Below are positions 8,853-17,455 of a stretch of 39,378 nt of DNA, piece after piece. Where the stretch lies: assembly GCA_031283965.1 (NCBI GenBank), contig JAITAU010000064.1, positions 1 through 39,378 of the forward strand, in the 5' to 3' direction. The position numbers were made by a program, and so were the translations under genes. This DNA is from Holosporaceae bacterium (lineage in GTDB: Bacteria; Pseudomonadota; Alphaproteobacteria; UBA3830). The notes under the pieces are model-generated. The model was not told the origin of the DNA and ran no database searches. It saw nothing but the letters and a program-made list of their open reading frames with translations. Every line of letters starts with the position of its first letter. Positions within the stretch are counted from its first letter, which is position 1.

Positions 8853-10340
8853 TTACCTGATGATAAAGCCGGCGCTGTGGCTTTTACTTTTTTTCACACC
8901 GTGATGAAATTTCCTCATTAAAATTGAATCCACCGGAGAATACATTCGTGGCACCATATCAAGGGGAGTTTTCAAGGGGCGAGAGGAAGGCTTTACGATG
9001 TACGGGGTTATGATTATAACCAACTCCCTTTCATCCATTGTTACATTGGAATTTCTGAATAAAGTTCCTATCAGCGGCAGGTCTGCCAGTAGAGGAGTTT
9101 CCATTGATGCGGAACTTTTGTCGGTCTGTATTAGTCCGGCGATTGCGAGACTTTGGCCGCTTCCAAGTTCTATGGTGGTTTCGGCTTCTTTTGTGGTCAA
9201 GGATGGCGCTTGATCCTGACCATTCTCGGATATGACGCTGCTGATGACCGGCTTAACGGTGATGTTGATCCTGTCTTCGGATATGACCGTTGGGGTGAAC
9301 TCAATTGACGTTCCCCACGACTTAAATTCCATCGTGTTTGAATCGTTTCCTGACTGCTTTACTATGTAGCCCTTTTCTCCGCCGGACCTAAATACCGCTT
9401 TTTTACCGGATAGCGCAATCAGCGTAGGTTCTGCCAGCACAGATGCGTAGGTTTCATTGGCCAATGCCTCTATCAATGCGGAAAGTCCACTGGAAACGCC
9501 GGCATGCATGAGCCAGCGACCGCCATTAACGGCGAGGCTTTCCGTGCCTGCTCCCAAAGCGCCCTTTGTTATAATGTCGGATCTCAACGTGGCCATGTCA
9601 GCCTGTCCGAATGGTGGGAGCACATCGCTTCTGCCGGACATAAAGCCGTATACCACGCCGTTTGTGTTTTTGCCTGCGGACATGGCACGCCAATTTATGC
9701 CCAGGCTTTTTGTTAACTTCCGCGAAACCTCAGCTATTTTCACCTTCAGCATCACCTGCATGGCGGTTTCAATGGACAATTTATTGATGATTTTTCCCGA
9801 CGGCACGAATCTACTGATGATATCCTGGACGTCCAAAGCAATCTCCGGCGAGTAGACCTTCCCCTTCAGTATCACGGAATCATCCACTGAAACTATTTCA
9901 ATCTCCGCGTCCTGATGCATCTCTGCGACGGCCTCTCTCATGGCTTTTAGTGGATATGTCACTCTTATCTGATAGTCGGCGATTATTCGTCCGTTTCTGC
10001 CGTGCACCACCAGCGAAGTCACACCCGGAGCGAGTCCCATGAGATACAACGACGAGTCGTTGAGCATGTCCACGTCTGCCACTTCCGGCTTAGGAATGAA
10101 AATCTCCTGCGGTTTGCTCTTTAGCTTGATGAAATTTACGGAATTGACCTCTATCACCTTTTCTGCATTGCTGATATTCCCAGTAACATCGTTGTCGGAC
10201 TCGGCAGTCGCGTCTTCCGCGGTCCTGTCGTCGCTGGATTCTTCCATATTCTGCGCCTCCAGTGGCGCAACCGCATGGCAGCTGAAGGTAAAGCCGAGGA
10301 AAATGAGAAAGCATATGCCAATAAATCTGCTATTTTTCAT
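8853..10340 (-). CDS. cpaC: Tad pilus outer-membrane secretin CpaC/RcpA
   Basis: Has a signal peptide (FIGICFLIFLGFTFSCHA). The secretin C-domain reads VLAEPTLIALSGKKAVFRSGGE...LADLPLIGTLFRNSNVTMDERELVIIITPYIV. Confidence 0.92.
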   Translation of the reverse strand: MKNSRFIGICFLIFLGFTFSCHAVAPLEAQNMEESSDDRTAEDATAESDNDVTGNISNAEKVIEVNSVNFIKLKSKPQEIFIPKPEVADVDMLNDSSLYLMGLAPGVTSLVVHGRNGRIIADYQIRVTYPLKAMREAVAEMHQDAEIEIVSVDDSVILKGKVYSPEIALDVQDIISRFVPSGKIINKLSIETAMQVMLKVKIAEVSRKLTKSLGINWRAMSAGKNTNGVVYGFMSGRSDVLPPFGQADMATLRSDIITKGALGAGTESLAVNGGRWLMHAGVSSGLSALIEALANETYASVLAEPTLIALSGKKAVFRSGGEKGYIVKQSGNDSNTMEFKSWGTSIEFTPTVISEDRINITVKPVISSVISENGQDQAPSLTTKEAETTIELGSGQSLAIAGLIQTDKSSASMETPLLADLPLIGTLFRNSNVTMDERELVIIITPYIVKPSSRPLKTPLDMVPRMYSPVDSILMRKFHHGVKKSKSHSAGFIIR

Positions 10341-10441
10341 ATGATATTCTCCACATCAGCCACCCATACCAGCATGATGATCTGTATTTCCAAAGCTTAG
10401 CTCCAATAAATTCGCCAATTCATCCTCTTGTAACAGTGTCT

Positions 10442-11821
10442 TCATAAAAGTTTACCTACCTGTGGCAACATTCCTCCTACGCCGGATTTGATACTTGCCG
10501 CGGGATCTGATCCACCCTGAAGCACAGCTCCGGCGGCGCCGCCAATCAGGGCGGCCGGAACGGCGCTTCCGGCGTTTGCTCCCGCGCCTCCGTCCCTTTG
10601 GCCGTCTTTGCTGAAGGCCATTTTTTGTGGGTTCAATTTACGGTACAGCACCACTTCGCTCTTCTTTTCTGGCGTCTCTTTACCAACCATTCTTCCGCTG
10701 ACAATCTCGATTTTTTCCGACGAAGACTTGGCCCTGGCGCCGGAGTGCTCAGCTCCTGGGAATCTCCCTTTCTCTCCATTCTGGTCGCTCGCGCCGTCGT
10801 TGGCGGAATTCATGCTTTTTACTAGCAAAAACAGATCCTTTTCGTTCCTATTTTTCTTGTCCCTCTCCTCGATGATGGCGGCGGCAGAGGTCATCTTGTT
10901 CATGTTCATGATGTTCTGCAGCAAAGCCTCCTGGGCGAGTAACTTCGTGGCCTCTTCATCCTCGGTATTATCTTCCTCAGATTTCGGCGCCTCTGTGCTG
11001 CTGCGTATGGACAACACCACTCCGCCGTTCCCCAACTGTCGAAGCATGGTGTCCACAAGTTCTTCCTTCACCTCCAGCGTGATGTTTTTCGGAACAGCTG
11101 TGGTGCCAGGCTTTCCTTCGATCTTGCCCTTATCTTTATCTTCGATATTCTTTATGAATTTGGTGGCGCCGTCTATGGCCAGTATTTTCAATGCTTTGTA
11201 TTTGTGGGTTTTTATTTTGTCACCCCTCCGTTCCATTATCAGAGCGTCCACCAGATCGTTATAGCACAGCACGTTGAGGGAACTTGCGGACCTTTGGTCT
11301 ATGGGGAAGGTCACAGCCCTCATGCCGTTTCGGATGAACTCCGCGCTCGCCTTCTGATTTTCCAGCAATTTACGTGCTTTTTCATCCTTTTCCAGCTTTT
11401 TTTGTGGATCTTCCGCCGTCAACATCTTTATGGTGAGCGGAACGCCGGCTGGGATGTCGCTTGCAGCCCACATTTCCAGTGCTTTTCCGTAGTCTCCCTT
11501 GCTGTTCATGGGTGTCCCGCGGATATCCCTCGCTATGAACTTGGACTGAATGGCGGACAACGGCCATTTCCTCCAGGAGAGCATTTTTAACGTTATTTTG
11601 CTGTCCTTCTTTATGTCTTTGGATACAATAAGAACCTCGGTCTGCTTCTTGGCTTCCTCAATTATCAGGGGAATATCCCCCATGGACAGCTCTCTTTTCG
11701 GCGTTAGTAAATTAAAATTAGAGGTGGAGGAGATCAGGAGCAGCCTGACCCCGAAAGTAACGACCAGTGCCACCGCAAAGGCGATCATCACTATTTGGAT
11801 GATACTGTTTTTGTCGTTCAT
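10442..11821 (-). CDS. cpaB: Flp pilus assembly protein CpaB/RcpC with a long low-complexity C-terminal extension
   Basis: Has an N-terminal TM helix (IIQIVMIAFAVALVVTFGV) and a SAF/CpaB-like region (VLIVSKDIKKDSKITLKMLSWRKWP...IPAGVPLTIKML...GMRAVTFPID). I prefer the ATG at 11821, preceded by AGGTGG, over the TTG at 11839. Residues beyond ~280 are E/K/S/G-rich. Confidence 0.8.
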   Translation of the reverse strand: MNDKNSIIQIVMIAFAVALVVTFGVRLLLISSTSNFNLLTPKRELSMGDIPLIIEEAKKQTEVLIVSKDIKKDSKITLKMLSWRKWPLSAIQSKFIARDIRGTPMNSKGDYGKALEMWAASDIPAGVPLTIKMLTAEDPQKKLEKDEKARKLLENQKASAEFIRNGMRAVTFPIDQRSASSLNVLCYNDLVDALIMERRGDKIKTHKYKALKILAIDGATKFIKNIEDKDKGKIEGKPGTTAVPKNITLEVKEELVDTMLRQLGNGGVVLSIRSSTEAPKSEEDNTEDEEATKLLAQEALLQNIMNMNKMTSAAAIIEERDKKNRNEKDLFLLVKSMNSANDGASDQNGEKGRFPGAEHSGARAKSSSEKIEIVSGRMVGKETPEKKSEVVLYRKLNPQKMAFSKDGQRDGGAGANAGSAVPAALIGGAAGAVLQGGSDPAASIKSGVGGMLPQVGKLL

Positions 11822-11829
11822 GTTACCAC

Positions 11830-12426
11830 CTAACCACAAAACCTCTCGATTGCCACGTAAACTCCACCAAACGACAGTGCGATCCCGTAGGGCACCTCTT
11901 GTCTCGTAGCATGTGTCGGACAGTACTTGAGGGCAACTACCTTCCTACTAACCCTACCCAATGAAAGTAAAACAATATTTAACAGCGAAGATTTATTTCT
12001 GTTTCTCCCCGTTGCGTGTAGTCGCACCACCATTCTCCTTCTTATGAAGAAGATTTGTCGCCTGAAAAGCAGATAGAACAGCGATAAAATTGCGCCGCCG
12101 ACGGAGGTCCACAACAAAAACGCCAACACATCGCCTTCGGTAAACAGCAGCAGCGGCAGCAGAAGCTTCACGTCGCCGCCGCCAATGAGGTTGCGGTGGT
12201 TTAGGGGTAATGCGGCGACAAAGATTATGATAAAAATCCCGACGGCATTCCAGAAATCATGGCCTGATATTCCCAACGTGCAGGAGACGACGTATAGGCC
12301 GAGCAGAAACAGCGTATACTCGTCTTCTATTCTGAAAAAAAGGAAGTCGTTTAGGCTTATCAGCAGCAGGACCGTCACGAACATTAACCAGATTATCAAG
12401 GCATAATCCACTTGTGGTTCGCCCAC
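11830..12426 (-). CDS. cpaA: Prepilin peptidase CpaA/TadV (A24 family)
   Basis: A polytopic membrane protein with the two aspartate motifs expected for A24 peptidases (LNDFLFFRIEDE and GGGDVKLLLPLLLF). It is the first gene of the operon and starts with GTG. Confidence 0.85.
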   Translation of the reverse strand: MGEPQVDYALIIWLMFVTVLLLISLNDFLFFRIEDEYTLFLLGLYVVSCTLGISGHDFWNAVGIFIIIFVAALPLNHRNLIGGGDVKLLLPLLLFTEGDVLAFLLWTSVGGAILSLFYLLFRRQIFFIRRRMVVRLHATGRNRNKSSLLNIVLLSLGRVSRKVVALKYCPTHATRQEVPYGIALSFGGVYVAIERFCG

Positions 12427-12534
12427 GATAGTTGGCTAACCATAAAAATAACGTTAACTTCAGCCTAGGCGACGGAGGGCTACTTTGTTTTTATCTAAAG
12501 TTATAATATCTTAATAATTTGTGGTTGGTGGTGG

Positions 12535-12861
12535 TTGATGTTTTCTTTTAGTAAATCCTCCTATGAGTCGAAATTGATGGGGCTGCTGCAGGACAAGTTC
12601 TTCAAGACAGCGCGGCGGAATAAAATCCTGGCCCAGTGGGCCGGTGGGCGATTGGGCCACAGCGGCGCCACTTTGAATGGCTACGTTCGCAGCACCATCC
12701 TGTCCTATCTCGTATGTCCGGACGACGAGAAGATGGTGGCGCGTCTACTGAAGGATTTTCAGCGGCGTGGCGTCCACATGACGGAGGATACCATTCGCCA
12801 GAAAATGCAGGCTATTGAGACCAGAATCAGGAACAAATCCGAGCTGCGTGATGTCTATTAA
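12535..12861 (+). CDS. DUF1476 family protein, homologue of the alphaproteobacterial F1-ATPase inhibitor zeta subunit
   Basis: FKTARRNKILAQWAGGRLGHSGATLNGYVRSTI....PDDEKMVARLLKDFQRRGVHMTEDTIRQKM aligns by eye with the Paracoccus zeta subunit (FKAEARRNRLLGEWAAGLLGKTGDDARAYALTVV...PGDEDVFRKLAADL...EETIRAKM). The start is either TTG 12535 or ATG 12538. Confidence 0.8.
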   Translation: MMFSFSKSSYESKLMGLLQDKFFKTARRNKILAQWAGGRLGHSGATLNGYVRSTILSYLVCPDDEKMVARLLKDFQRRGVHMTEDTIRQKMQAIETRIRNKSELRDVY

Positions 12862-13606
12862 AATATCCATCCGCGATTCGGTCGCGCTGCTAACACTGGA
12901 CGACGACGCCAGGCTGAATGCCCTGTCGGACGACCTCATGGAGCGGATACATGTGGAGCTTTCTCGGGTGGAGGAGCGGGCGTCCGTCCTGGTGATCACC
13001 GGCGGCCCAAAAGCCTTCGCCGCCGGGGTGGACGTCTCCGAGATTGCCTCCCGCTCCCATGAGGAGGCGTATTTGGGGAATTTCATTGATCATCGCTGGG
13101 AGAGCGTCTTCAACGTTAAAATCCCCGTGATCGCCGCCATTTCTGGATATGCTCTGGGGGGCGGATTCGAGTTGGCCCTGATGTGCGACATTATTATCGC
13201 CTCCAGGAGCGCTGTTTTCGGATTTCCCGAGGTGAATCTTGGAATCTTGCCGGGAATCGTCGGAACACAGCTCATAACCCGGATCGTTGGGCCCCAGATC
13301 GCCGCTGAAATCATGATGACCGGCGATCATCTGTCGGCAGAGCGGGCTCTGGAATTAAAAATCGTCTCCCGAGTCGTCGAGGACCACGAACTACTGGAAA
13401 AAGCGTTGGAGTTGGCGGCAAAAATCGCAGGAAAATCCGTCCTGAGCACGCGCATGATAAAGGAAGCTATCCGCCTTTCCCAAAATGTCGGGCTCCTTCA
13501 GGGCATAAAAATGGAAAGACTGATGTTCCGATCCATGTTTTCCACCGATTCCAAAAAAACCGGCCTGGAGAAATTTTTTCAACGAAAAAACAGACCCAAG
13601 ACCTGA
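12851..13606 (+). CDS. Enoyl-CoA hydratase/isomerase (crotonase) family protein
   Basis: Has LTLDDDARLNALS, VLVITGGPKAFAAGVDVSE, ISGYALGGGFELALMCDIIIA and FGFPEVNLGILPG. I place the start at ATG 12851, which overlaps the upstream stop by 11 nt. The listed ORF starts at 12815. Confidence 0.9.
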   Translation: MSIKISIRDSVALLTLDDDARLNALSDDLMERIHVELSRVEERASVLVITGGPKAFAAGVDVSEIASRSHEEAYLGNFIDHRWESVFNVKIPVIAAISGYALGGGFELALMCDIIIASRSAVFGFPEVNLGILPGIVGTQLITRIVGPQIAAEIMMTGDHLSAERALELKIVSRVVEDHELLEKALELAAKIAGKSVLSTRMIKEAIRLSQNVGLLQGIKMERLMFRSMFSTDSKKTGLEKFFQRKNRPKT

Positions 13607-13910
13607 TTGAGAGTTGGCGCCCACTGAAAAGCGTCCCAACTGTACCTGAATTCACGGCTCCGGGTTACCTATGAAAAGAGTTAAGCCGGTTCTCGTTGGT
13701 CGCAATCTCCACCTCTAGTTTCTTGATGGCTTCCTGAATAGCGGCAGCACGAGAGAAGCACGTCATGTTAATATCATGAATGTCAAACATAGGAATGACA
13801 GTAGCCAGAGGATCATTTTTGCTAGTAGCCGTCGGTTGGAAAGAAAAAAGCGGCGCTCCCGGGGCGAAATGAGATAATATAAACCCTGGGACAGCAATGG
13901 AGGGGACGCG

Positions 13911-14780
13911 TTGCCCAAGGTTTCGGTGATTATCCCGGTCTACAACGCCGGGAAGTTTCTTGCTCGCTGTTTGGACAGCGTTGTTCAACAGACGCTGCAG
14001 GACGTCGAAGTGATATGCATAAACGACGGCTCCACGGACGATTCTCCAGAGATTCTGGAGAAATACGCCGCAGTTGACGGTCGCATTATCATTTTCCATC
14101 AGGATAATCTCGGTCAGGGAGCAGCCCGCAACGTCGGCGTCAGAGCCGCTCGCGGCGAATATATCGGCTTCGTGGACGCCGATGACTGGATAGAATTCCA
14201 CTACTTCGAAAAACTATACGCCGCCGCAAAGAAGCACGACGCTCCTCTGGCCTGCTGCGGTATTCTGAGAAAATACCCCTCCTCAAGATCCAGAATAAAA
14301 TTACATATCAGAGAAGAAAAAGTCTTTTACTCGACTCTGGAAAAGTACGCTGTCGCTGGAATCCCAAGGCGCTGCTACGTCTACAACAAAATCTACCGAA
14401 GGGCCGACATGGAAAAGCACGGTCTCCTCTTCCCGGAGGGGGTGTATTTTGAAGACATTGGCTTCAGCATTAGGGCGATACACCTCTTGGGAACTCTGGT
14501 GACCGTTCCGGGAGTGGTTTATTTCTACTGGGTGAACCGTCGGTCCACCACCAGACAGATGACGGACAAGAAGCAGCGGGATCTGTTGGCGGCCCGAGCT
14601 GATTTCATAGATTTCACCACTCGGCGGCACATAAACTGTCCGGAAAAATATTACATAAAAAGCAAAACTGTCTACAGACTCTTCGGCGTGCCGTTGATGA
14701 AGGTGTGCGCCTGGGAAACCATCAAAAAATATTACCTCTTTTCCCTAATACCGATTTTCGAGAAGAGGATTTCCCTGTAG
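13911..14780 (+). CDS. Family 2 glycosyltransferase
   Basis: Has VSVIIPVYNAGKFLARCLDSVVQQTLQDVEVICINDGSTDDS...GQGAARNVGVRAARGEYIGFVDADDW (the DxD-type GT-A signature). The start is TTG, with GGAGGGGA 5 nt upstream. Confidence 0.9.
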   Translation: MPKVSVIIPVYNAGKFLARCLDSVVQQTLQDVEVICINDGSTDDSPEILEKYAAVDGRIIIFHQDNLGQGAARNVGVRAARGEYIGFVDADDWIEFHYFEKLYAAAKKHDAPLACCGILRKYPSSRSRIKLHIREEKVFYSTLEKYAVAGIPRRCYVYNKIYRRADMEKHGLLFPEGVYFEDIGFSIRAIHLLGTLVTVPGVVYFYWVNRRSTTRQMTDKKQRDLLAARADFIDFTTRRHINCPEKYYIKSKTVYRLFGVPLMKVCAWETIKKYYLFSLIPIFEKRISL

Positions 14781-14885
14781 TGGAGGAGAACGTCGCTCAT
14801 TTGTGTTGGACACGACGCAACGTACGGTCGCTCGGTTTCCAGCTAACCGTAACTTTCATCTTTCCGATGGTTCACGGGCCCAACG

Positions 14886-14912
14886 AAAAGGCCCGCTGAG
14901 GCGGGCTTTTTC
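14886..14912. terminator. Bidirectional rho-independent terminator between the GT2 gene and groEL
   Basis: The sequence is aaaag GCCCGC tgag GCGGGC ttttt: a perfect 6-bp GC stem with a 4-nt loop, flanked by an A-run and a T-run. The hairpin-plus-U-tract therefore exists on both strands, between two convergent genes. Confidence 0.75.
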
Positions 14913-14937
14913 TGTGGAACCAGAGTCAACGGGTTAA

Positions 14938-16882
<1,945 letters not shown>

Positions 16883-16943
16883 TTTTTACTCCAAATTTAC
16901 CAAAAAAATACAAACACAAAACCTGCCCCCAAAGGGCCCGACG

Positions 16944-16972
16944 ATGTTAGCAATTGGTTAACGGAAATTCAA
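16944..16972 (-). promoter_or_regulatory. Candidate groESL promoter (TTGAAT-N17-TAACAT on the minus strand)
   Basis: The minus strand reads TTGAAT ttccgttaaccaattgc TAACAT, ~60 nt upstream of the groES ATG. I found no CIRCE inverted repeat (TTAGCACTC-N9-GAGTGCTAA). This is pattern match only. Confidence 0.3.
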
Positions 16973-17233
16973 TCAAAAAAATCGATGGAGAAAAATTAAG
17001 ATGAATGAACGGTGCGATTACGCTGGCTAAATTCTAGATGAGCAAACAAATTGAGGCTATAGCACGAATTGTATTGAGCCATAAATTAACGGCAGGTTGG
17101 CGTCCTTTGGGAGGCGGCGCCAACTCTCAATCCTTTTTGAGGAATTTCTTAACAGGAGCCCTGGATTGTGCAGTCTATCCAAAGGCTTTAGGGAAGCGTC
17201 CAATTGCCATGGCTAACGGGAACGCAATGGAAA

Positions 17234-17329
17234 ATCTGCGGCGTTGGGGATCTGCGGCGCTGGGGATCTGCGGCGCTGGGAATAGACGGCGCTGGGGATC
17301 TGCGGCGCTGGGAATCTGCGGCGCCGCTC
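17234..17329. repeat. Intergenic tandem array, 6 x 16 bp (consensus ATCTGCGGCGCTGGGG)
   Basis: The units start at 17234, 17250, 17266, 17282, 17298 and 17314. They read atctgcggcgttgggg / atctgcggcgctgggg / atctgcggcgctggga / atagacggcgctgggg / atctgcggcgctggga / atctgcggcgccgctc. There are no spacers between units. Confidence 0.95.
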
Positions 17330-17455
17330 CCCTCATTGCGACGACCGCATCATCTGCTCCTCCGGAAGGAGTTTGACGGTGTCGTGATCACGTCTACTGC
17401 CGAAATCACTCCTCAGCTTTACCTACAGAAGTATTCTTCTTTGCTTTCAAGAATC

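Noticed and set aside
13607-13619. 13-mer TTGAGAGTTGGCG shared with 38823-38835
   Set aside because: An exact 13-mer match between two sites is expected by chance on the order of ten or more times in a ~39-kb window when both strands are considered (about N squared over 4 to the 13th). The flanks do not extend the match.
13665-14201. 178-aa minus-strand ORF
   Set aside because: Its N-terminal two-thirds overlap the well-supported GT2 gene in antisense. Only the non-overlapping 41-codon tail is kept, as a low-interest observation.
16883-17037. Search for a CIRCE (HrcA) operator upstream of groES
   Set aside because: I found no TTAGCACTC-N9-GAGTGCTAA-like inverted repeat. Only TTAGCAattggTTAAC is present, which does not fit, so no CIRCE call is made.
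17234-17329. Possible CRISPR array
   Set aside because: The units are only 16 bp and directly abut each other with no spacers. No cas genes are in the window.
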